A stretch of DNA of 50,819 nt from Gammaproteobacteria bacterium (GTDB lineage Bacteria; Pseudomonadota; Gammaproteobacteria; Xanthomonadales; SZUA-36). Numbering within the stretch: position 1 is the stretch's first letter; every line of letters starts with the position of its first letter. Shown here in pieces: positions 9,301 to 16,791 of this stretch. The notes under the pieces were generated by a model. It was not told where the DNA came from. It saw only the letters and a program-made list of their open reading frames with translations, and searched no databases. The stretch is taken from assembly GCA_036986175.1 (NCBI GenBank), contig BTRB01000001.1, positions 1 to 50,819 of the forward strand. The letters run 5' to 3'. The translations under genes and the position numbers were made by a program.

Positions 9301-10725
9301 TGGCCGGGGTGATATTGCCTGCAGGCTCTCCAGCACCGGAAAGCCATGCGGGATAACCTGCGCAAACAATGCTGCAAACGCGGGGGCAAGTCGATTTTGC
9401 AAATCCAGTACCGATTGCCCTGGTGCAACAATATTTACCTCAAATTCTGCCATGGCCTGCAAATATGCCATGCTGGTTTTTGACCAGGCTGCTGCGTCTT
9501 TATCCGGGAACTCCCGGTTTTTTATATGTTCCTTTAGTGCCTGCTCCAGATTCACGGATTCATCGGCCCTCAGGTAGGGCTCGGGATTCACACTGAGCAA
9601 TGGCCAGATTGGAAAATGATCATGCAGGATTTGTAGTGTGGGCAAACCACTGCGCAGGGCATCAAGGCTGTGGCCGACCAGGGATGAAACAAATATACGG
9701 CCGATGCCATATCGGCGACAGATTTCAGCAAGGATTTTTTGATAGCTCAAGTTGCTGTCATCAACAGATTGTATGGCTGGCTGCAGCCACCAGCTGGCAA
9801 CCGGGCAGCGCAACTCATTGCCGGCGTACAGGGACAATTTTTGCCCGTATCCACGACCCGACTGTGGATTCTCAGAGCGTAGCTGGAAATGCTTGTACCG
9901 GCTGTCAGTTTCAACAAAAGATTTCAGCCATTGGGCAACGCCCCCACCCCAGCTATGAGTAATGTGCAAGGTGGCGGGTTTGTCTTCAGCCAGGGTAAGT
10001 GGAAGACACGGGTTTCCAGCCTTGAACCATTCCTGCAGTCGGGCACTTAGTTCACTGAAAGGCGGCGGGTAGCTGGATTCATGTGGCTGCAGTTTCAGAG
10101 GTTCAAAAACCCTGTGATCCGGATCCGGCAGAAATAGTTGATCGGGTACTTTGAGTGAGCCGCCGACAGCCATGAGCTGTTGCATCATAGTGCCGCCTGA
10201 AGGGTTGGCAGACAGGCACTCGAGCACTTCGGTTGACAGCATTACGAAATGCTCGACCCAGGTAGTCAAAGTGTGTACATGCCCGGGTGCCAGCAGGCTG
10301 ACCAGCCCGGCAAGATCTTCGCCGGCAAGAACATCGTCGGGGTCGTGCTCAGGTCCCAAAAGCCCGGCAAACGGATTGACAGTCATTTCAGCATTAGAAA
10401 GCAACGTCAGTGCCACGGGCCGATCAGCCTGTTCCAGCATTGATGTCAGTTGGTCAAGTTGGTGTTTTGATGGTTGTAAGCCGGCACGCAGAAAAATAAC
10501 CGGCCTGCCGGGAAACCTTTCGGCAAGCTCGGCCAGCAACAGATCCTGCTGGTCAAAACCGTTTGCCGTTTGTACCATGCCATCATCGGCAAGCCGGCTG
10601 CACAATGGCAAACCCAGTCCCAACAGGCCCTGGATATGCACTTTACTTGCTTGCTCACAACCTCTGGCATGCACGTAAATTACGGGTGCCAGGGATGGAT
10701 TGCAGGGCATTTTCTTATCAGTCAT
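6301..10725 (-). CDS. Giant multidomain glycosyltransferase (unknown N-domain, GT-B/GT4-like, coiled coil, GT2, second GT-B-like domain)
   Basis: The ORF track gives 6301-11028 (1575 aa). I trim the start to ATG 10725 (or 10710) because the upstream part is antisense to the mrcB N-terminus. GT4-like part is approx 9970-8790 (HITHSWGGGV ... SELQQLRIPAIATRVGSFPDRIQHGKTGWL). The heptad-rich segment is approx 8760-8490 (EWVEQLESEIGRLQARLDQLESDYQ). GT2 is approx 8202-7560 (VSIILPVYNQ ... VVDDQSSDET ... LLNNDT ... FEDTDLAFR). The C-terminal GT-B-like part is approx 7400-6304 (GRILIVDATTPEPDKDSGS). Confidence 0.7.
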   Translation of the reverse strand: MTDKKMPCNPSLAPVIYVHARGCEQASKVHIQGLLGLGLPLCSRLADDGMVQTANGFDQQDLLLAELAERFPGRPVIFLRAGLQPSKHQLDQLTSMLEQADRPVALTLLSNAEMTVNPFAGLLGPEHDPDDVLAGEDLAGLVSLLAPGHVHTLTTWVEHFVMLSTEVLECLSANPSGGTMMQQLMAVGGSLKVPDQLFLPDPDHRVFEPLKLQPHESSYPPPFSELSARLQEWFKAGNPCLPLTLAEDKPATLHITHSWGGGVAQWLKSFVETDSRYKHFQLRSENPQSGRGYGQKLSLYAGNELRCPVASWWLQPAIQSVDDSNLSYQKILAEICRRYGIGRIFVSSLVGHSLDALRSGLPTLQILHDHFPIWPLLSVNPEPYLRADESVNLEQALKEHIKNREFPDKDAAAWSKTSMAYLQAMAEFEVNIVAPGQSVLDLQNRLAPAFAALFAQVIPHGFPVLESLQAISPRPRTDGRLRMVILGRLQTGKGQTLLLNALPELTRYVQIYLLGAGQSGEAFFGIPGVDVVLEYDRNKLSSMLATIGPDFAALLSVVPETFSFTLSELQQLRIPAIATRVGSFPDRIQHGKTGWLIDPDPQALVDQVAALCGSPKQIKAVRQNLPATKSDTLEEMVKAYNRLCILAGELKPFTPKEASLNEAQKGAADLQQTLTGNDLNRTLGQHRDLKKEITRRTEWALETGKQLKLEQKRRKEWVEQLESEIGRLQARLDQLESDYQHVEEQNTLILASTSWKITRPLRAGRRVAKNFMLARVWNPARWPWLLAQLTRNLTTLGFAGTLQRLQYTGAEAIPVPRPMADVESIGDPQPPDAFPVSDQPDVSIILPVYNQWVYTAACLRSLLVTAGKYSFEVIVVDDQSSDETAGYLAQIGGLKYLRNDENLGFVGSCNRGAKDARGEYLVLLNNDTQVTEGWLDELIDTFEREPQAGLVGARLVYPDGSLQESGGIVFSDGSGWNYGRGEDAEQPQYQFLREVDYCSGACIALKTKYFHKIGALDERYTPAYFEDTDLAFRVRESGLKVLIQPLSAVIHHEGVTSGTDTSSGIKKYQLINQKKFVDRWQAELASQPEKIANPNDRAAVLCASQHRIKGRILIVDATTPEPDKDSGSVRLTNMMQCCRDLGYAVTFFADNRDYAGSYTRDLQKAGIEVLYRPWLESLHDFFRDRGRDFDYVFISRHYIATNYVSLLKRYCPEARFIFDTVDLHYLREQRLAELEQSLPLKRTAQQTRRSEMSVIKAADATLVVSSVEKEVLAQDAPGEKVHILSNIHQVAGRDKDFADRQDIYFVGGYQHPPNIDAACWFVNDVWPLIHACVPQMRFHLIGSRAPGRVRSLSGDGVIFHGFVESLQTFLSDCRIAVAPLRYGAGVKGKVNMSMAHGQPVVATPAAAEGLFAVHERELLVAEDAPAFAREVVRLYQDEELWNRLSDASVRNVEEHFSIAAARKSLTALFNSFSD

Positions 10726-10787
10726 TTTATCCGGCACGAAGCTCAATGGCTGCAGTGAGTGGTCCTTCGTTGGTATTTTAATGTACC

Positions 10788-10800
10788 AGGGCCTGTTAAC
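10788..10800. repeat. Third copy (reverse orientation) of the GTTAACAGGCCCT core motif
   Basis: AGGGCCTGTTAAC is the reverse complement of the 13-nt core of the 19-mer found at 19503 and 35686. It lies in the 115-bp divergent region between the giant GT (start 10725) and mrcB (start 10841). Confidence 0.6.
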
Positions 10801-10840
10801 CGGTAGATTATACCAAGACAACGCGCGGTCATTATGGATA

Positions 10841-13237
10841 ATGGTTGAAATGGCCAAGAAAGCAAAAACTAGTGTAAGCAAGACCGGTGTAAAGAAAGCC
10901 AGGACGGCGCGGCGCAACAAGGGACGCAAAAAGGCAGCACAGAAAAAGCCGGGTTTGCCGCATCGTTTGTTACGCATTTCAATGCTGTTGCTGGGTCTTG
11001 GCATTGGTTTGGGCGCGCCGTGGGTCATTTGGCTCGATGTTCAGGTCCGTAGTGAATTTGACGGCCGCAAATGGGACTTACCCAGTCGTGTGTACGCACG
11101 TCCGCTTAGCTTGTATGAAGGTAAAGCCATTTCCAGACGATCCCTGCTGGCGGAACTGAAAGCAGCGGGTTACCGACAGTCTTCAGGTGCCGGTGAGCCC
11201 GGGAGTTTTTCTGTTGACGGTTATCGGTTTGATATCCATCGCCGCGCATTCAGATTTGAAGATGGCGCAAAGCCGGCAGCACGCATTAAGTTGCGACTGA
11301 GCAACGATTCTGTCGTTTACTTACGTGGCGATTCCACTGTTGCAGAGCAGGGCTTGGTACGCCTGGATCCGGCTGAGATAGCCTCGATTTACCCCCTGCA
11401 CGATGAAGATCGCACGTTGGTCGTTCTGCAGGATGTACCGGAATTGCTGGTAACCGGGCTTCAAGCCGTGGAAGACAGGCAATTCAAAAATCATCACGGT
11501 GTCGTGTTACGCAGTATCGGTCGTGCAATGCTGGCCAATGTCAGAGCCGGACGGACGGTGCAGGGTGGCAGTACACTGACCCAGCAACTGGTCAAGAACT
11601 ACTTTCTGACCAGTGAACGTACGCTGGTACGCAAAGTCAACGAAGCGATCATGGCGGTGCTGCTTGAATGGCACTACGACAAGACACAAATTCTCGAGGC
11701 CTATATCAACGAAATTTTCCTCGGCCAGCAGGGCAAATATTCAATCCATGGCTTTGGCCGGGCCAGCGAGTTCTATTTTGACCGGCCATTGAAGGATCTG
11801 GATGTTCAGCAAATAGCTTTACTGGTCGGTATGGTGCGAGGTGCGTCCCTGTATAACCCGAGACGCAACCCGGAACGCTCCCTGCAACGCCGCAACCAGG
11901 TGCTTGATATTTTTGGCAGCACCGGGTTATTGAGTGACAGCGAAGTTGAGATAGCAAAATCACGACCATTGGGCGTAACAGACAAGCCACGTTCCGGTGG
12001 CAGTCGTTACCCCGCTTTTGTAGATATGGTCCGGCGTCAGCTAAAACGTGATTACCGGTCATCCGATTTACGTAGTGCGGGCTTGCGAATTTTTACTACG
12101 CTGGCACCTTCCGAACAGGATTATGCCCAACAGGCAGTATCCGGAGGATTGGACGACTTGCAGCGCCGCGGTTTGCCTGCAGAATTGCAGGGCGCGCTGG
12201 TGCTGGTTGATGTTGCAAGCGGAGAAGTTCGCGCGCTGGTTGGCGATCGTGTGGCCGGGCGTAACTATTTCAACCGTGCGCTGGATGCGCGCAGACAGAT
12301 CGGTTCGGTCATTAAGCCGCTGATTTACCTGCTGGCCCTGGAGCATGTTGATGACTACAACTTGATCACACCGGTAAGAGATGAGCCAGTTTCCTTGCGG
12401 CAAGCGGATGGTTCTGTCTGGTCACCGGTGAACTATGACCACAAATCCCGTGGAGAAATACCACTGTTGGAAGCCCTGGTTCACTCGTATAATCAGGCAA
12501 CCGTAAAGGTGGGCTTTAAGGTCGGTGTTGTTAACCTGATCAGGAAGATCCGGCAACTGGGCGTGAATGCAGAAGTTCCGGCAGTTCCGGCAACGCTTTT
12601 GGGTGCAGTTGAATTGACGCCCATCGAGGTTACTCAGATGTACCAGTCCCTGGCAGCAGGTGGCTACAGCGTGCCGTTGCGCTCGGTTACGGCAGTGCAA
12701 ACACCACAAGGTGAATTGCTCAACCGTTATCCGTTGAGGTTGATGCCATTGGAGCAACGTGAAGCGGTTGCGGTGCTGAACTTTGCCATGACCCAGGTGG
12801 TTGAACAGGGTACTGCGCGGAATTTGCACGACTTGCTGGGAAATGACACATTGATTGCAGGCAAAACCGGCACAACCAATGAACGGCGCGACAGCTGGTT
12901 TGTCGGATATACTCGTGACCGTGTGGCCGTAGCATGGGTGGGGCGCGACGACAATAAACCGGCAGGTGTGACTGGCAGTAACGCAGCGATGCGTGTGTGG
13001 GCGGCCTTGTTCAGGCAATTGCCCATTTTTGCCATTGATTTACGTATGCCCGATGGCGTAAATTTTGTTTGGGTGGATATGCAGCAAAATGCACTCACCG
13101 ATCCGTCATGTCCCGCTGCAGTGCAACTCCCGTTTATAGACGCAAGCGAGCCAGAATCAACGACAGCATGTCTGGACAAACTGGACAGGAAAAACAGAAA
13201 GTCCCTATGGAGAAAGTGGTTTGAAAGTGATGATTAG
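10841..13237 (+). CDS. mrcB: Penicillin-binding protein 1B (bifunctional glycosyltransferase/transpeptidase)
   Basis: A basic N-terminal tail and TM segment come first (KKARTARRNKGRKKAAQKK, LLRISMLLLGLGIGLG). GT51 motifs are AVEDRQFKNHHGV and GGSTLTQQL. Transpeptidase motifs are SVIKP (SxxK), HSYN (SxN) and KTGTT. The start is ATG 10841 or 10850; the ORF-track TTG at 10700 is probably too far upstream. Confidence 0.9.
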   Translation: MVEMAKKAKTSVSKTGVKKARTARRNKGRKKAAQKKPGLPHRLLRISMLLLGLGIGLGAPWVIWLDVQVRSEFDGRKWDLPSRVYARPLSLYEGKAISRRSLLAELKAAGYRQSSGAGEPGSFSVDGYRFDIHRRAFRFEDGAKPAARIKLRLSNDSVVYLRGDSTVAEQGLVRLDPAEIASIYPLHDEDRTLVVLQDVPELLVTGLQAVEDRQFKNHHGVVLRSIGRAMLANVRAGRTVQGGSTLTQQLVKNYFLTSERTLVRKVNEAIMAVLLEWHYDKTQILEAYINEIFLGQQGKYSIHGFGRASEFYFDRPLKDLDVQQIALLVGMVRGASLYNPRRNPERSLQRRNQVLDIFGSTGLLSDSEVEIAKSRPLGVTDKPRSGGSRYPAFVDMVRRQLKRDYRSSDLRSAGLRIFTTLAPSEQDYAQQAVSGGLDDLQRRGLPAELQGALVLVDVASGEVRALVGDRVAGRNYFNRALDARRQIGSVIKPLIYLLALEHVDDYNLITPVRDEPVSLRQADGSVWSPVNYDHKSRGEIPLLEALVHSYNQATVKVGFKVGVVNLIRKIRQLGVNAEVPAVPATLLGAVELTPIEVTQMYQSLAAGGYSVPLRSVTAVQTPQGELLNRYPLRLMPLEQREAVAVLNFAMTQVVEQGTARNLHDLLGNDTLIAGKTGTTNERRDSWFVGYTRDRVAVAWVGRDDNKPAGVTGSNAAMRVWAALFRQLPIFAIDLRMPDGVNFVWVDMQQNALTDPSCPAAVQLPFIDASEPESTTACLDKLDRKNRKSLWRKWFESDD

Positions 13238-13721
13238 GACTCTCTGCTTGTTATTCCCCTTAGTGCTTGTCGCTTGTAGCAGCCAAACCCATATACGGGT
13301 TGACGACCGGGAGGTAACCACGCGCGTCAGGGCACCAGCCAGCGAGGAAAGTGCCGGCGTGCAGGTCTATTCGTTGCAAAGCCCGGCAGTCAGGCAGCTG
13401 ACAGCGCAGGCCGAAGATGCCGAACGCACGGGAGACCTGGATTTGGCCACTGGCTACCTTGAACGCGCATTGCGTATACAGCCGCAGGATCCGCAGTTAC
13501 TGCAGCACATGGCCGAGCTCAAGTTGCAGATAGAAGACTATCAGCAGGCGCTGAATTTTGCCTTCCGTTCTTATGACACGGGTCCCCGTGTCGGGGAAAT
13601 TTGCAGCAGGAACTGGCGTACCATCAGTGTCGCACGGGAGCATCTAAGGGATGTCAGTGGCGCCAATGAAGCACAAGCACGTGCGACGCAATGCATGAAT
13701 ACGCGGCCAAAGGGGTTTTGA
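13221..13721 (+). CDS. lpoP: TPR-containing outer-membrane lipoprotein, LpoP-like candidate PBP1B activator
   Basis: 166-aa ORF overlapping the mrcB stop (13235-13237). Start candidates are TTG 13221, GTG 13227 and ATG 13230. It has a lipobox LVAC followed by SSQ, a linker, then a TPR-like region (GDLDLATGYLERALRIQPQDPQLLQHMAELKLQIEDYQQALNF). Its position directly downstream of mrcB matches Pseudomonas LpoP as I recall it. Confidence 0.5.
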   Translation: MKVMIRTLCLLFPLVLVACSSQTHIRVDDREVTTRVRAPASEESAGVQVYSLQSPAVRQLTAQAEDAERTGDLDLATGYLERALRIQPQDPQLLQHMAELKLQIEDYQQALNFAFRSYDTGPRVGEICSRNWRTISVAREHLRDVSGANEAQARATQCMNTRPKGF

Positions 13722-13757
13722 GCAGCAAAGTGACAGGTTTGGAGTGACAGATTTGCG

Positions 13758-15716
13758 ATGAAAAATTTGTCGGGCACCAGCGCGCAGTTACTTGATGCAG
13801 GCGGACCGTTTGAAGCGGTATTACCGGGTTTTGCACCGCGCCAGGAACAACTGCAACTCGCTGCAGCAATTGAGCAGACAATTTCCGCCGGCGGTACGCT
13901 GGTGGCCGAAGCGGGAACCGGGATTGGCAAAACCCTTGCCTATCTTGTGCCGGTACTGGAAAGCCGTGAGCGAACAATTATTTCAACCGGTACCAAGACC
14001 CTGCAAGATCAGTTGTACTTCCGCGACTTGCCAATCGTCAAAAAGGCGCTTGGCAGTTCGCTGAAAACAGCGTTGTTGAAGGGACGGGCAAATTACCTTT
14101 GCCTGTATCGCATGGAGCAGGCCCGTACCGAAGGCAGGCTGCCCTGCAGGGAATCTGTATCCGAGTTGGAGAACATCAGGCAGTGGGTGCCTGTTACTGA
14201 AGACGGCGACCTGTCAATTTCGTCCGTTATTGGCGAAGACAGTGAGCTATGGCCACTGGTGACATCGACGGCTGAGAACTGCCTTGGATCTGACTGCCCG
14301 CAATTTGAAGAATGTTTTGTTGCCCGGGCCCGGGGTGCAGCCCAGGATGCCGATGTGGTGGTTGTCAACCATCACCTGTTGTTTGCGGACATGGCCATCA
14401 AGCAAAGTGGCTTCGGTGAAGTCCTGCCCGGTGCTTCGGTGTTCATCGTTGATGAGGCACACCAGGCACCGGAAACTGCTTCGCAGTTTTTCAGTACATC
14501 CCTGTCTTCGAGGCAGATCAGCGATTTATGCGGTGACATCCTGGTTGAAGCAGCGGAAACCAGTGGTGGTTTGGCCGCGGTGCGCAACGTGGTTGCGCAT
14601 TGCCGCCAAACGCTTAAAGAATTTCAGGCCGCTTGCGCCGATACGCTCGAAGAACGTGGTGCATGGCAGGAGATGCTGGATCAGGCGGGGGTAAGAGATG
14701 CATTGCAGTCCCTGGATGCTGCGATTGTAGCACTCAAGCCAGTTATCGAGCCCTTGAACGGTACCAGCAGGGGAATGGATGCCTGTATTCAGAGATTCGC
14801 CGAAATCCAGGCACACTTTGATCATCTCGACAAACCTGTGCCGGTAACTGAAGTACGCTGGTTCGAGCGCCGTGGCCGCGGTGTTGCAATCCACACCACA
14901 CCGCTGGACGTGTCGAGTATATTTTCCAGTTTTCGTGAGCAATTGGATGCAGCCTGGGTATTTACCTCGGCAACCTTATCGGTCAAAGGTGAATTCGATC
15001 ACTTTATACAGCAACTGGGCTTGCAGGATGCCGATACCTTAAATCTGGATTCGCCATTTGATTATCAAAAGCACGCTCTATTGTGGTTGCCCGAAGGCCT
15101 GCCGGAGCCCCGTGAGCATTCATTCGTACCTGAATTACTGGAGCAGGTTCGGCCGGTCCTTGAGGCCAGTCGGGGTCGCGCTTTTATGCTGTTTACCTCG
15201 CACAGGGCATTGCGTCAGGCAGCCGAGCTGCTGGACGGCGAGACCGGTCATCCGCTTTTTGTTCAGGGTGAAATGCCGCGTAGCATGTTGCTGGAAGAAT
15301 TTCGTAAGTCAGGCGAAGGAATCCTGTTGGGTTCAGCCAGTTTCTGGGGCGGTGTGGATGTGATGGGCGAAGCCCTGTCACTGGTGATTATTGACAAGTT
15401 GCCGTTCGCACCGCCCAACGACCCGGTCCTGGTTGCACGCAGCGACGAGTTGCGCCAGCATGGAGGCAACCCATTCATGGAATTGTTTTTGCCGCAGGCG
15501 GTTATCGCTTTGAAACAGGGTGCAGGCCGCCTGATACGTGACGTCAATGACCGGGGTGTACTGGTAATTTGTGATCGCAGGTTGCGCAGCAAGGGCTATG
15601 GCAGTGTTTTTCTGGACAGCCTTCCCCCAATGCAGCAAACCACAGAACGGGACCACGTAGTGGAGTTTTTCAAAAATACAGGCGGTAGCAAGCAGCGTGA
15701 ATCTACTGGCAATTGA
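13758..15716 (+). CDS. yoaA: ATP-dependent DNA helicase YoaA (DinG/Rad3 family, Fe-S)
   Basis: 652-aa ORF with Walker A AEAGTGIGKTLAYLVP and DEAH box VDEAHQ. A cysteine cluster is present (YLCLYRME, NCLGSDCPQFEECF). The N-terminal region is collinear with E. coli YoaA (ISTGTKTLQDQLYFRDLP, LLKGRANYLC). Confidence 0.85.
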   Translation: MKNLSGTSAQLLDAGGPFEAVLPGFAPRQEQLQLAAAIEQTISAGGTLVAEAGTGIGKTLAYLVPVLESRERTIISTGTKTLQDQLYFRDLPIVKKALGSSLKTALLKGRANYLCLYRMEQARTEGRLPCRESVSELENIRQWVPVTEDGDLSISSVIGEDSELWPLVTSTAENCLGSDCPQFEECFVARARGAAQDADVVVVNHHLLFADMAIKQSGFGEVLPGASVFIVDEAHQAPETASQFFSTSLSSRQISDLCGDILVEAAETSGGLAAVRNVVAHCRQTLKEFQAACADTLEERGAWQEMLDQAGVRDALQSLDAAIVALKPVIEPLNGTSRGMDACIQRFAEIQAHFDHLDKPVPVTEVRWFERRGRGVAIHTTPLDVSSIFSSFREQLDAAWVFTSATLSVKGEFDHFIQQLGLQDADTLNLDSPFDYQKHALLWLPEGLPEPREHSFVPELLEQVRPVLEASRGRAFMLFTSHRALRQAAELLDGETGHPLFVQGEMPRSMLLEEFRKSGEGILLGSASFWGGVDVMGEALSLVIIDKLPFAPPNDPVLVARSDELRQHGGNPFMELFLPQAVIALKQGAGRLIRDVNDRGVLVICDRRLRSKGYGSVFLDSLPPMQQTTERDHVVEFFKNTGGSKQRESTGN

Positions 15717-16371
15717 AACAGCAACCGAAACCTGTTCCGTTGCCCTGGCAGTAGAGGGTGAAGTTCGGCACCGCTACCGGCATGCGCCAAGACAACATGC
15801 CGAACTGCTGTTGCCCTGGGTCCAGGACTTACTGGCAGAAGCCGGTATCAGCTTTGGGTCTGTAGATGCTATTGCATTCAGTCGCGGGCCCGGAAGCTTT
15901 ACCAGCCTGCGCATAGGTATCGGCGTTGTGCAGGGTTTGGCGTGGGCGTCAGATTGCCCGGTGATACCCGTTTCCAGTCTTGCTGCAACGGCGCAAACCG
16001 TAGCAGACAAAGGGATCCAGACCGCACTGGTGGCCCTGGATGCGCGCATGAACGAAGTTTTCACGGGCTTGTTCCGGCTCAACGACAACGGCATCATGAC
16101 AGCGGATGGTGAAGAAAGGGTTTGCGGACCTGGCCAGGTTCAACCGCCGGATGAACCTGAAATCTATGCTGTCGGCGCAGGCTTTGAACGCTATCCCGAA
16201 TTGCAGGAATTAGCCGGGCGCCTGGCTGGAATCCGGGCGGATACCTGGCCTGGCGCTTTATCTGTCCTCAAGCTGGCCGAGGAGTGGTTGCTGGTCCACG
16301 AGGCCCTGCCTGCTGAGATGGCGCAACCCGTATACCTGCGCGACAACGTGGCGCAAAAATCAAAAAAATGA
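15697..16371 (+). CDS. tsaB: tRNA threonylcarbamoyladenosine (t6A) biosynthesis protein TsaB
   Basis: 224-aa ORF overlapping the yoaA end by 20 nt. The N-terminus is MNLLAIETATETCSVAL, followed by SRGPGSFTSLRIG, both typical of TsaB/YeaZ. Confidence 0.85.
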   Translation: MNLLAIETATETCSVALAVEGEVRHRYRHAPRQHAELLLPWVQDLLAEAGISFGSVDAIAFSRGPGSFTSLRIGIGVVQGLAWASDCPVIPVSSLAATAQTVADKGIQTALVALDARMNEVFTGLFRLNDNGIMTADGEERVCGPGQVQPPDEPEIYAVGAGFERYPELQELAGRLAGIRADTWPGALSVLKLAEEWLLVHEALPAEMAQPVYLRDNVAQKSKK

Positions 16372-16791
16372 ATAGCAACTCTCTCCACGCTAAACAGAGC
16401 ACGTTAAAAAATATCAATTAACAGGCTAAATCAAGCCGTACGCAGGTAACAAATTATCAAGTGAACAGCACGGCAACTCCTATTAGAATCGTTCGAAGAT
16501 TAGAGAAGGTGTGGCAATGGGGCACAAAAAAATCACTGAAAATCGGCTTTCAAGAGCATTTTTTGTTAGAATCAGTCCTGCTATGTCAGTCTAGAAGGTA
16601 AATTTGTGGCACAAAAAACAGGTAATTTACAATTAATTAACGATTTCTTTTGTCAGTTCTGCGAGAATTACCTGCTATAAGCATGGGTGGGGAAAAACCA
16701 GGCTTGTGAATGTTGACGGACCAGCAGCCTATCAAACAAAAGCAGAGGCCATTTGGCTAATGAAAAATTGCTACGAACCAGCGAGTTGCAT
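16372..16791. promoter_or_regulatory. Long AT-rich non-coding leader upstream of the lipid operon
   Basis: About 420 bp without a credible ORF and visibly more AT-rich than the flanks. It contains an imperfect direct repeat AGAAGGT-N8/9-GGCACAAAAAA. The exact 11-mer GGCACAAAAAA lies at 16521-16531 and 16608-16618. TTAGAATC occurs twice. An inverted repeat CAGGTAATT / AATTACCTG lies at about 16620 and 16665. A 9-nt partial match TTAACAGGC to the GTTAACAGGCCCT motif lies at 16418-16426. Confidence 0.4.

Noticed and set aside
10726-11028. N-terminal 100-aa extension of the 1575-aa minus-strand ORF, including a hydrophobic TM-looking stretch (AVLAFFTPVLLTLVFAFLAISTII).
   Set aside because: It is antisense to the clearly genuine Lys/Arg-rich N-terminus and TM anchor of mrcB. 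Lys codons read in reverse give Phe and Leu. In-frame ATGs at 10725 and 10710 leave a normal 115-bp divergent spacer.
16606-16625. TGGCAC in the AT-rich leader (and GGGCAC at 16520) as a possible sigma-54 -24 element, tempting because rpoN is in the window.
   Set aside because: The required GC of the -12 element (GG-N10-GC, TGGCAC-N5-TTGC) is absent at the right spacing in both cases. Other TGGCAC occurrences lie inside coding sequence.
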